From Bacteroidota bacterium (GTDB lineage Bacteria > Bacteroidota > Bacteroidia > Chitinophagales > CAIODY01): a stretch of DNA of 64,000 nucleotides. A program made the translations under genes and the position numbers. This document shows, piece after piece, positions 1-9,353 of this stretch (position 1 is the first letter of the stretch; the number at the start of each line of letters is the position of its first letter). The notes below the pieces were generated by a model. It was given only the letters and a program-made list of their open reading frames with translations, searched no databases and was not told the DNA's origin. Location of the stretch: NCBI GenBank assembly GCA_046051225.1, contig JBJOOR010000007.1, forward strand, positions 87,894 to 151,893, given 5' to 3'.

Positions 1-344
1 AAAAATCGAGTTCATTATTTTTCATTGGAGTGCTGAATGGCTTGCTACCATGCGGTTTGGTGTATATAGCTGCTGCTGGTTCAATTGCAACCGGTAATAT
101 TTTTTCAGGCATATTGTTCATGATTTTTTTCGGATTAGGCACAGTGCCAGCTATGTGGTCGGTTGCATTTTTGGGCAGTTGGTTGAGTGTAAAATTTCGT
201 CAGCAAATCCGTAAATCATTTCCGATTGTGATGTTATTAATTGGTAGTTTATTGCTGGTAAGAGGCTTGGGCATTGGTATTCCGTATTTGAGTCCGAAAA
301 TGAATGTGCAGCATCACACTTTAGATTGTTGTCATCGTCATTAA
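1..344 (+). CDS. Sulfite exporter TauE/SafE (DsbD_2) family membrane protein, 5'-truncated by window edge
   Basis: NGLLPCGLVY motif, FGLGTVP, hydrophobic helices, C-terminal CCH. Confidence 0.8.
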   Translation, partial: KSSSLFFIGVLNGLLPCGLVYIAAAGSIATGNIFSGILFMIFFGLGTVPAMWSVAFLGSWLSVKFRQQIRKSFPIVMLLIGSLLLVRGLGIGIPYLSPKMNVQHHTLDCCHRH

Positions 345-418
345 AAAATTCAATTTCATAATCAAAAAATTTCGTTCGCAAAATGCTTACTTTTAGCAAC
401 AAATATTCTGAAGAAAAA

Positions 419-1594
419 ATGGAAGAAATTGAAGCGCTATTTAAATATGCTAACGAAGGAATTTTGGTAGTAAATGAAAAAGGAAAAATTGTTAGAGCAA
501 ATCCAAGCATCGAAAAATTGTTTGGTTATGATGCGGATGAATTATTGGGCGAACCTGTTGAAATACTGATTCCTACTGAATTAGCGGCGAAACATAAAAA
601 GCATGTAAAAGGATTTAATGAAAATCCCCATGCTCGTTCGATGGGCAGCAACATGCAATTGGCTGCTCGAAAAAAAGATGGTTCTTCATTTCCTGTTGAG
701 GTAAGTTTGAGTCCATATTCAACATCAAATGGAAAATTTATCATCGCTTTTATCATTGATATTTCTGTAAGAAAAATTGCCGAAGACAAGGCGAAAAATT
801 ATTCCAACGAATTAGAAAATCAGGTGAAGAAACGCACCATGATTTTGGAAGAAGCCATCAATGAATTGGAGAAAACAAAAATTGAATTGCACAATGCTTT
901 GGAAAAAGAAAGAGTGTTGAATGAAATGAAATCGAGGTTTGTGTCGATGGCTTCACATGAGTTCCGAACACCTTTGGCGACAATACTTTCATCACTTTCG
1001 TTGGTGAAAAAATATGGCGAATTGAAAGAGGATGAAAAGCAAGCAACGCACATCAACAAGATAAAATTGTCCATCAATAATCTCACGGATATTTTGAATG
1101 ATGTGTTGTCGGTAAGTAAATTGGATGAAGGAAAAATTTCGTATTCGCCCGAAGAATTTGAGTTGGAAGAATTCGTGAAAGAGACGGTGACAGATTTGCA
1201 AGGCTTAACAAAAAGCGAACAAAAAATTATTTACCAGCACAAAGGAAAATCGTTGGTGTGGTTAGATAAAAAAGTGTTGCGTCATGTGTTGTTTAATTTA
1301 GTTTCAAACGCAATTAAATTTTCAGAAGAAAATAAAAAGATTTCGGTTTCCACTTCATTGCAAAATAAAAATTTGGAATTGCTTGTAAGTGATGAAGGAA
1401 TGGGCATTCCGAAGGCTGACCAGGAACATTTGTTTGAAAGATTTTTTCGTGGAAGAAATGTTACAAATATTCAGGGAACAGGTTTGGGATTGAATATTGT
1501 TGGAAAATATACCGAGTTGATGAATGGAACAATTGATTTTAAAAGCGTTGAAAATAAAGGCACTACATTTATTTTGAAATTTAAATTGCAATAG
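419..1594 (+). CDS. PAS-domain sensor histidine kinase (FixL-like)
   Basis: PAS domain, H-box SHEFRTPL, N-box NLVSNAIKFS, G-boxes DEGMGI and GTGLGL; alternative start 383. Confidence 0.9.
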   Translation: MEEIEALFKYANEGILVVNEKGKIVRANPSIEKLFGYDADELLGEPVEILIPTELAAKHKKHVKGFNENPHARSMGSNMQLAARKKDGSSFPVEVSLSPYSTSNGKFIIAFIIDISVRKIAEDKAKNYSNELENQVKKRTMILEEAINELEKTKIELHNALEKERVLNEMKSRFVSMASHEFRTPLATILSSLSLVKKYGELKEDEKQATHINKIKLSINNLTDILNDVLSVSKLDEGKISYSPEEFELEEFVKETVTDLQGLTKSEQKIIYQHKGKSLVWLDKKVLRHVLFNLVSNAIKFSEENKKISVSTSLQNKNLELLVSDEGMGIPKADQEHLFERFFRGRNVTNIQGTGLGLNIVGKYTELMNGTIDFKSVENKGTTFILKFKLQ

Positions 1595-1697
1595 CACACG
1601 GATTGAACGGATGTAAAAGATTTTCACTGATTTTAATATCTTTTTTAATCATAAAAATCAGCGTCATCAGCGTTCTATTAATTCGTGTATTCGTGGC
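1590..1697. repeat. Intergenic ~9-bp-periodic imperfect inverted repeat plus ATTCGTGTATTCGTGGC motif
   Basis: AATAGCACACGGATTGAACGGAT...ATCAGCGTCATCAGCGTTCTATT; the 17-mer at 1681-1697 recurs at 47134 and 49277. Confidence 0.6.
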
Positions 1698-1713
1698 TTA
1701 AAAAAATAAGAAA

Positions 1714-2772
1714 ATGAAAAAAATACTTTTGATTGAAGACAACAAAGACATGAGAGAAAATACTTCGGAAATTCTGGAGCTCTCGAATTATAAGGTGTTT
1801 ACAGCTGCCAACGGAAAAGAAGGTGTGGCTTTGGCGCAAAAAGAAAAACCAGATTTAATTATTTGCGACATTATGATGCCTGTGTTGGATGGTTATGGTG
1901 TGTTGCATTTGCTCTCGAAAAATGAAGCAACGGCGGATATTCCATTTATTTTTTTAACCGCAAAAGCGGAAAGAAGTGAGTTGCGAAAAGGCATGGAAAT
2001 GGGCGCAGATGACTATGTTACCAAGCCTTTCGACGATATTGAATTGTTGAATGCAATTGAAAGTAGATTGAAAAAAGTGGAGTTGATAAAGAAGAAATTT
2101 TCAAACAATTTAGAAGAGGTGAATGAATTTATCAGCAGTGTAAATAGTTTGGATGATTTGAAAAAAATCACGTTGAACGATGATGTGAGAGAGTACAACA
2201 AGAAGGAAATTATTTACAAAGAAGGTGCTTATCCTCGTGGGATTTTTTATGTGAAAAAAGGGAAAATAAAAACTTTTAAAAAGCATGAAATTGGGAAAGA
2301 ATTTATCACGGGTTTGTATAGCGAAGGTGATTTTTTAGGTTATATCGCATTGATGGAAGAGAGCAAATACACTGATACTGCGGAGGCTTTGGACAATTGC
2401 GAAATTTGTTTTTTGCCGCAAGAAATCTTCTTCGATTTGTTGTATAAAAATTCGGCAATTGCGAAAAAATTCATTCAAATGTTATCAGGGAATTTGACTG
2501 AAAAAGAAACGCAGTTAATGAACTTAGCTTACAATTCTGTTCGCAAACGTGTGGCTGATTCGTTGGTGAATTTATACAACCACTATAAAAAAGAAAATGA
2601 AAAAGTTTTCACAATAAATCTTTCTCGTGAAGATTTGGCAAACTTGGCTGGCACTGCAACAGAGACGACTATCCGCACTTTGAGCGATTTTAAATCGGAA
2701 CATTTGTTGGAAATAAAAGGCAGCAACATCACCATTTTGAATATTGAAAAGTTGATGCAAATGCGGAATTAA
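1714..2772 (+). CDS. Response regulator fused to cNMP-binding and Crp/Fnr HTH domains
   Basis: REC domain (LLIED, DIMMP, KPF), cNMP-like barrel, HTH SREDLANLAGTATETTIRTLS. Confidence 0.9.
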   Translation: MKKILLIEDNKDMRENTSEILELSNYKVFTAANGKEGVALAQKEKPDLIICDIMMPVLDGYGVLHLLSKNEATADIPFIFLTAKAERSELRKGMEMGADDYVTKPFDDIELLNAIESRLKKVELIKKKFSNNLEEVNEFISSVNSLDDLKKITLNDDVREYNKKEIIYKEGAYPRGIFYVKKGKIKTFKKHEIGKEFITGLYSEGDFLGYIALMEESKYTDTAEALDNCEICFLPQEIFFDLLYKNSAIAKKFIQMLSGNLTEKETQLMNLAYNSVRKRVADSLVNLYNHYKKENEKVFTINLSREDLANLAGTATETTIRTLSDFKSEHLLEIKGSNITILNIEKLMQMRN

Positions 2773-2782
2773 TGCGACTTTT

Positions 2783-2848
2783 TTGATGTGAATCAATTTG
2801 TTTTATGACGGTTATCATTTTTAACCAATTTCATGTCTTCTATTTTTG
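2783..2848 (+). promoter_or_regulatory. Tandem FNR-like boxes and -7 promoter element
   Basis: TTGAT-GTGA-ATCAA (2783-2796), ATGAC-GGTT-ATCAT (2805-2818), TATTTTTG (2841-2848). Confidence 0.65.
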
Positions 2849-2873
2849 TTGAACAGAAATCAGCAGATTTAAA

Positions 2874-3254
2874 ATGAAAATTGTCATCAACGATAGCCGA
2901 AAAATTTATGCGATTCAAAAAGAATTTAGCAATGAATTTCCATTTTTAAAAATCCAGTTTTTTGCAAAATCGAATACAAAAACTGGTAAATCTTCTGCCA
3001 AAACAATCAAACACTCTTCTAAAGAATTAGCTCAATGCCGCACCCAGCATACTATTGGCGAAATTGAAATCGTGCCTGAAATGTCAGTGAATAGTTTGGA
3101 ACAAAACTTTCAGGATATTTTTGGATTGCATGTAGAAGTGCTTCGCAAATCGGGCAAAGCTTGGTTAGAAACTTCTGTAACTGGCAATTGGTCGTTGATG
3201 GAACAAAACGCCGAAGGAATGGCGTTGGAACAAAACGAATATGAGGAATCCTAA
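2874..3254 (+). CDS. Hypothetical protein
   Basis: Clean 126-aa ORF with its own promoter elements; FPFLKIQFF and RKSGKAWLET motifs. Confidence 0.75.
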   Translation: MKIVINDSRKIYAIQKEFSNEFPFLKIQFFAKSNTKTGKSSAKTIKHSSKELAQCRTQHTIGEIEIVPEMSVNSLEQNFQDIFGLHVEVLRKSGKAWLETSVTGNWSLMEQNAEGMALEQNEYEES

Positions 3255-3385
3255 CTATTCATGTTAAATTCCATAAAATTCTTTTACCCTCTACTATTAA
3301 CTACAAAGAAAAATTTAGAAACCAAAACAGTAATCATTCCAACTTTTTTTGCATTTTTGTAGCACTTTATTAATAATAAGTTTAA

Positions 3386-4396
3386 ATGGCAAAAGTTACA
3401 ATTGACGGACATTTAATGGAAGTTCCAGATGGAACAACAATTTTGAATGCAGCAAGAATGATGGGCGAACAGCATCCTGAAACGATGCAAAATGTGCCGC
3501 CTGCAATGTGTTATTATAGCAAGCTGAAAGAGAGTGGTGGTAAGTGCCGCACTTGTTTGGTGCAAGTAACCAAAGGTAGCGAAAAAGACCCAAGACCAAT
3601 GCCCAAGCTGGTTGCAAGTTGCCGCACAACTGTAATGGATGGCATGGAAGTGCAAAATAAATTATCGGCGCAAGTGCAAGAAGCCAGAAAAGGTGTGGTG
3701 GAAATGTTACTGATTAATCATCCATTGGATTGCCCTGTTTGCGACCAAGCTGGCGAATGTCATTTGCAAGATTTGGGCTACGAACATGGCGCACAAAAAA
3801 CTCGATACGAATTTGACCGCCGAACATTTGAAATGGAAAACATTGGCGACAAAATAAAGTTGCACATGAATCGCTGTATCCTTTGCTACCGATGCGTTTT
3901 CACGGCTGATGAAATTACAGATGGCAGAGTTCATGGTGTTGTAAATAGAGGCGACCATGCTGAAATTTCAACTTTTATTCACAATGTAATTGACAATGAT
4001 TTTAGTGGCAATGTGATTGATGTTTGCCCTGTTGGCGCATTAACCGACAAAACTTTTCGCTTTAAAAGTAGAGTTTGGAATACAAAACCTTACAATGCTC
4101 ATCGTGATTGCAAACATGAAAAATGCAATGGTAATGTGGCTTTGTGGATGGCTGGCAATGATATTTTAAGAGTAACTGCTCGAAAAGATAAATGGGGCGA
4201 AGTAGAAAATTTTATTTGCAACGAATGCCGTTTTGATAAAAAAGAATTAAAAGATTGGATAATTGAAGGACCAAGAGAAATGGACAGACATTCGGTAAAT
4301 TCAAACACACAATACATGGATTTATCAAAACAAAAAGTGTTGGCAGCATCAGAAACATTTGCCGTATTGCATCCTTACAATGGTGACGATAAATAA
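3386..4396 (+). CDS. nuoG: NADH-quinone oxidoreductase subunit G, short Bacteroidota type
   Basis: 2Fe-2S motifs (AMCY, GKCRTCLV, ASC), HPLDCPVCDQAGEC, RCILCYRC, DVCPVGAL. Confidence 0.88.
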   Translation: MAKVTIDGHLMEVPDGTTILNAARMMGEQHPETMQNVPPAMCYYSKLKESGGKCRTCLVQVTKGSEKDPRPMPKLVASCRTTVMDGMEVQNKLSAQVQEARKGVVEMLLINHPLDCPVCDQAGECHLQDLGYEHGAQKTRYEFDRRTFEMENIGDKIKLHMNRCILCYRCVFTADEITDGRVHGVVNRGDHAEISTFIHNVIDNDFSGNVIDVCPVGALTDKTFRFKSRVWNTKPYNAHRDCKHEKCNGNVALWMAGNDILRVTARKDKWGEVENFICNECRFDKKELKDWIIEGPREMDRHSVNSNTQYMDLSKQKVLAASETFAVLHPYNGDDK

Positions 4397-4408
4397 AATA
4401 TCAACTTT

Positions 4409-4445
4409 AAAAAGCCGCTTCGAAAATTTTGAGGCGGCTTTTTTT
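4409..4445 (+). terminator. Rho-independent terminator
   Basis: AAAGCCGCTTC...GAGGCGGCTT followed by a T-run. Confidence 0.75.
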
Positions 4446-4459
4446 ATAAAATAAAATAA

Positions 4460-5434
4460 ATGGAATTTTCTACATCCGTTAAGCCCTACTCCTACCCTTT
4501 CAGCATTCATCATCAGGATAAAATTTTTACAATTGGTTCGTGTTTTTCTGAAAATATTGGAAAAAAATTTTCAGAAAATAAATTCAATATTCAAATTAAT
4601 CCATTTGGGCAGCAATACAATCCAGCCTCTATTGCGCAAGGTATTGATAGAATTATTCATTCAAAATATTTTACTGATGATGATATCATTTATAGAGATG
4701 AATTATATCATTGTTGGCAACATCATTCCGATTTTTCAAAACCCAATAAAGAAGAATTATTAGCTGAAATAAATAATTCATTGAAACAAAATTTAGAGCA
4801 TTTAAAACAAGCAGATTATTTATTTATTACATTCGGTACAAGCCATGTATTTCATTGGAAAGCAGATGGTAGAATAGTTTCTAATTGTCATAAAATTTCA
4901 GGCTCCGAATTTGATTTTAGATTTTTAAGCAGCGATGAAATAGTTGAACAAATTAGTAATTGCTTGAATGCTATAAAAGCGATAAATGATAAAGTGAAAA
5001 TTATTTTAACCATTAGCCCTGTTCGTTATTTGGCTTTTGGTTTTTTTGAAAATAATGTAAGCAAAGCCAATTTATTTGTGGCTATTGATAAATTAATGAA
5101 AGATAGAAATGATTGTTTTTATTTTCCAGCTTATGAAATTGTGATGGATGAACTTCGTGATTATCGTTTTTTTGCTGAAGATATGCTACATCCTAATCAT
5201 CAGGCTTCGCAATATGTTTGGGAAAAAATGTGTAGTATGATGATGCAAAAAGAAACCATTGATTTGATGCACGAAATTTATAAAATAAATGCGGCTGTAA
5301 ATCATAAACCACGAAACCCAAATTCCGAGGCACAAAAAAAATTCATTCAATCCACTATTCAAAAAATGAAATTAGTAAAGGAAAAAAGCGGAATTATGGA
5401 CTGGGGAGAAGAAATGAAGAAGTTAAGCTTTTAA
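4460..5434 (+). CDS. GSCFA domain protein (SGNH-like)
   Basis: GSCFSE, NPFG..YNP, TISPVR, YFPAYEIVMDELRDYRF, DMLHP. Confidence 0.9.
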   Translation: MEFSTSVKPYSYPFSIHHQDKIFTIGSCFSENIGKKFSENKFNIQINPFGQQYNPASIAQGIDRIIHSKYFTDDDIIYRDELYHCWQHHSDFSKPNKEELLAEINNSLKQNLEHLKQADYLFITFGTSHVFHWKADGRIVSNCHKISGSEFDFRFLSSDEIVEQISNCLNAIKAINDKVKIILTISPVRYLAFGFFENNVSKANLFVAIDKLMKDRNDCFYFPAYEIVMDELRDYRFFAEDMLHPNHQASQYVWEKMCSMMMQKETIDLMHEIYKINAAVNHKPRNPNSEAQKKFIQSTIQKMKLVKEKSGIMDWGEEMKKLSF

Positions 5435-5563
5435 CTTAAAATATGTAGATAAATTAAAAATATCTTCTTTATGTAAGAATTATTAAAAGTAGTTTATTTT
5501 TTTATCTTTGCAATCCTTTAAAAAAATCAACAATTTAAATTAACCAATAATTTCAACTAACAA

Positions 5564-8500
5564 ATGCAACTGAAAGGACTTGTACGCTTTGTAGCCATTG
5601 CACTAATTGTGCTTTGTATTTTTCAATTATCGTTTACGTGGGTGGCTCATCACACCGAATCTAAAGCTCAACAAATGGCTGAAAAGCTTGTTGGCAAAGG
5701 TAATGCAAGCGCTACTGCTGATGAATTAAAAGAACAAACCAGAAAAGCAAAGAATCATATTTTAGATTCGATGAATACTGAAACTGTGTATAATTTGGGT
5801 TTGGTAAAATACACTTATCAAGAATGTAAAGAACAAGAATTGGGCATGGGCTTAGATTTACAAGGTGGTATGAGTGTAGTTTTACAAGTAAGTGAAGAAG
5901 ATGTGGTAAATGCTTTGGCACAAAACAGCACCGATGCCAACTACAAAAAAGCATTTGAATTAGCCAAACAAAAAATGACAAGCAGTAATGAAGATTTTGT
6001 TGCCTTGTTTAGTCAATCTTATAATGAAGTAGCGCCAAATGGAAAATTGGCTTCTATCTTTAATGGTGCGCAATTAAAAGATAAAATCAATTTTAATTCA
6101 TCCAATTCAGATGTAATTTCAGCAGTTACTAAAGAAGTAAAAGATGCAGTAAAACGTACTTACAATATCATTTCGGCTCGTATTGATAAATTTGGTGTAA
6201 CCCAAGCCAATATTTCTTTGGAAGAACGTTCGGGTAGAATTTTAGTTGAATTACCAGGCGTTGATAATCCTGAACGTGTTCGTAAATTATTGCAAGCTAC
6301 AGCTAAGTTAGAATTTTGGGAAATGTTTGACAATGCCGAAATTGCTAAAAATATTTTAGATGCCAACAAAGTATTAAGTGCAAAATTAAAAGCTCAAAAA
6401 GGTGATAATAGTGCCGATACTACTGCATCTTTATTAAATTCGGCTGCTAGCGATTCATCTAAAAAAGAAACTACATTAACACCAGTTTCGGGTAATAAAA
6501 TGGCAGCTAATGTAAAAGCCGATGTAAAAAAATCTACCGTTTCAGCAATTAAAAAAGATACATCAAAATCTGCATTAATTGAAAAAGAAAGAGCAGATAA
6601 TGCATTATTCACAGTTTGGCAACCCATGCTTGACCAAAAAGGCACATTTGTTCAAAATACTATTATTGGCTATGTATCAGGAAAAGATACAAATAAATTA
6701 AACTCATACTTATCTTATCCTGAAGTAAAAGCTGCATTTCCTAAAAATGCTTTGATATTGTATTCTGCTAAACCAATTGATCCTGAAAAAAGATTTGGAA
6801 TAAAAAATGCAACTGCTGCTCAAAAGAATTTGTATGAAATTTATGCTATTAAAAAAAGAATGAGTGATGATAATGCTCCTTTAGATGGTAGCTATGTTAC
6901 TAATGCATCACGAGATGTAACACAACAGGGAGGTAATGAAATAGTAATGCAAATGAGTAGCGAAGGTGCTACAATTTGGCAACATTTAACAGCCAAAAAT
7001 GTTAAAAAACCGATAGCTATTGTACTAGATAATAAAGTTTATTCAGCTCCTACGGTTCAAGCTGAAATTTCGGGTGGTCGCTCATCTATCACTGGAGATT
7101 TTTCAGCAAAAGAAGCAATTGACATGAGTAATATTTTACAAACAGGTAAACTTCCTGCTCCGGCTCGTATCATTCAAGAAGATATCGTTGGTGCTACATT
7201 AGGTGATGCATCTATCAATGCAGGTTTTTGGTCGTTTATGGTTGCTTTTTTAGTGATTGTAGCTTTAATGTATTTATACTATAGTATTGGCGGTTTAATA
7301 TCAAATGTGGCATTAGTGCTAAATTTATTTTTTACCATTGGTGTACTTACAGGTTTTGGTTTTTCATTAAGTATGAGTGCTATTGCAGGTTTAGTAGTTA
7401 CAATTGGTATGGCAGTAGATACTAACGTAATTATATTTGAACGTATTAAAGAAGAAATATTACGAGGCAAAAGCAAACAAAAAATTGTTGAAGATGGCTA
7501 TAAGTCAAGCTATGCACCAATTATTGATGCGCATATCACTACTTTACTAACAGGTGGTATATTATTCTATTTTGGATTAGGTCCTGTAAAAGGTTTTGCT
7601 ACTACACTTATTGTAGGTTTAATAATTAATTTATTCTGTGGTATTTTAATTACACGTTGGATTACTGATTGGATGCTTAGTCGTAATAAAAATATTGAAT
7701 ATATTACTAGCCTATCTCGTAATATGTTTAAGCATTTCAACTTTGATTTTGTAGGCAAAAGAAAATATGCTTTTATGATTTCTGGTGCATTATCATTAAT
7801 TGGAATTGCTTCCATTTTCACCCGTGGATTTGATAAGGGTGTAGATTTTTTGGGTGGTAGAACTTATACCATTCAATTTGAAAAACCATTAACAACAAAT
7901 GAAGTACGTGAAAAACTTACTGTTGTTTTTGATAAATCTGCCCCTATTGTAAAAACGGTTGGTTCGAATAATCAAATGCGAATTACTACTTCATTTAAAA
8001 TCAATGAATCTGATCCAAAAACAGACAGCATTGTTGAACAAAAATTATACATTGGCTTAAAAGATTATTTTGGCGATGGCGATATTAAAGCTTTTCAAAA
8101 ACATGTATTAAGTTCACAAAAAGTAGGTCCTACAATTGCCGATGATATTAAAATGTCATCTATATGGGCAACTTTAGTATCGCTATTAGTTATTTTTATT
8201 TATATTGTAATTCGATTCCGCAAATGGCAATATGGATTGGGTACTATTATTTCGTTATTCCATGATGTTACTATGGTGTTAGGCTTGTTTAGTATTTTCC
8301 ATGGCATTTTACCATTCTCATTAGAAATCGATCAAACATTTATTGCAGCTATATTAACCATTATTGGCTATTCGATGAATGATACTGTAATTGTATTTGA
8401 TAGAATTAGAGAATACGTACGTGAACAAAAAGGCAGAGATTTAAAAGATGTAATCAACGATGCGATTAATCATACGATGAGTCGTACTATCATGACTTCA

Positions 8501-8686
8501 TTAACCGTATTCTTGGTAGTGTTAATACTATTTATATTTGGTGGAGAAGTAACAAGAGGCTTTGCATTTGCCATGTTGATAGGGGTAATTACAGGTACTT
8601 ACTCATCTATATTTGTAGCCATGCCAGTATTATACGATCTTCGTGATAAGAAAGAAGACGAAATAGCTGCTGCAATAAAAAAATAA
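5564..8686 (+). CDS. secDF: Protein translocase subunit SecDF (fused)
   Basis: GLDLQGG, GMAVDTNVIIFERIKEE, GYSMNDTVIVFDRIRE. Confidence 0.97.
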   Translation: MQLKGLVRFVAIALIVLCIFQLSFTWVAHHTESKAQQMAEKLVGKGNASATADELKEQTRKAKNHILDSMNTETVYNLGLVKYTYQECKEQELGMGLDLQGGMSVVLQVSEEDVVNALAQNSTDANYKKAFELAKQKMTSSNEDFVALFSQSYNEVAPNGKLASIFNGAQLKDKINFNSSNSDVISAVTKEVKDAVKRTYNIISARIDKFGVTQANISLEERSGRILVELPGVDNPERVRKLLQATAKLEFWEMFDNAEIAKNILDANKVLSAKLKAQKGDNSADTTASLLNSAASDSSKKETTLTPVSGNKMAANVKADVKKSTVSAIKKDTSKSALIEKERADNALFTVWQPMLDQKGTFVQNTIIGYVSGKDTNKLNSYLSYPEVKAAFPKNALILYSAKPIDPEKRFGIKNATAAQKNLYEIYAIKKRMSDDNAPLDGSYVTNASRDVTQQGGNEIVMQMSSEGATIWQHLTAKNVKKPIAIVLDNKVYSAPTVQAEISGGRSSITGDFSAKEAIDMSNILQTGKLPAPARIIQEDIVGATLGDASINAGFWSFMVAFLVIVALMYLYYSIGGLISNVALVLNLFFTIGVLTGFGFSLSMSAIAGLVVTIGMAVDTNVIIFERIKEEILRGKSKQKIVEDGYKSSYAPIIDAHITTLLTGGILFYFGLGPVKGFATTLIVGLIINLFCGILITRWITDWMLSRNKNIEYITSLSRNMFKHFNFDFVGKRKYAFMISGALSLIGIASIFTRGFDKGVDFLGGRTYTIQFEKPLTTNEVREKLTVVFDKSAPIVKTVGSNNQMRITTSFKINESDPKTDSIVEQKLYIGLKDYFGDGDIKAFQKHVLSSQKVGPTIADDIKMSSIWATLVSLLVIFIYIVIRFRKWQYGLGTIISLFHDVTMVLGLFSIFHGILPFSLEIDQTFIAAILTIIGYSMNDTVIVFDRIREYVREQKGRDLKDVINDAINHTMSRTIMTSLTVFLVVLILFIFGGEVTRGFAFAMLIGVITGTYSSIFVAMPVLYDLRDKKEDEIAAAIKK

Positions 8687-8709
8687 TATTCGGATATTAA
8701 ATAAAACTT

Positions 8710-8744
8710 AAAGTCTGCTACTCAAAAAGTAGCAGACTTTTTTT
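8710..8744 (+). terminator. Rho-independent terminator
   Basis: AAAGTCTGCTACT-CAAAA-AGTAGCAGACTTT followed by a T-run. Confidence 0.85.
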
Positions 8745-8871
8745 ATGAATTTACTTTCGAGAAAGATATTGGATAATTAAATTAATTGTTTTTTATTTAC
8801 GTTCAATAAATTTCAATTCAGATTCGTTAACTTGCTTGATAACTTTTTACTCAACTAACAAAATAATACAA

Positions 8872-9321
8872 ATGGAAAACCTTTTTCAAAAATCAACTTT
8901 GGATAATGTAATGCAACGATTACAAAAAATAAACGCTACTACCCAACGCCAATGGGGTACAATGACGGCAGCTCAAATGCTTGCGCATACTAGCTCTCCA
9001 TTAGAATTTGCCATGGGTGATAAAACAGGCAAACAATCGTTTATTGGTAAAATATTTGCACCATTTGCAAAAAAGGCTTTTTTCGACGACAAACCATACA
9101 AACAAAATTTGCCTACAGCCCCCGAATTCAAAACCATTGATGAAAAAGATTTTAATACAGAAAAACAACGCTTAATAAATTTATTGAACCGATTTAATGC
9201 AGATGGAAATAAAGTAGCAGGAAAAAATGCTCATCTGTTTTTAGGTACAATTACAGCTGATGAATGGGCAAGAACTATGTATAAGCATATTGATCACCAT
9301 TTTCGCCAATTTGGTGTATAA
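8872..9321 (+). CDS. DUF1569 / DinB-like protein
   Basis: WGTMTAAQMLAH, KHIDHHFRQFGV. Confidence 0.85.
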   Translation: MENLFQKSTLDNVMQRLQKINATTQRQWGTMTAAQMLAHTSSPLEFAMGDKTGKQSFIGKIFAPFAKKAFFDDKPYKQNLPTAPEFKTIDEKDFNTEKQRLINLLNRFNADGNKVAGKNAHLFLGTITADEWARTMYKHIDHHFRQFGV

Positions 9322-9353
9322 GCTTATTTCTTACTTTATAAATTTATCCAACC

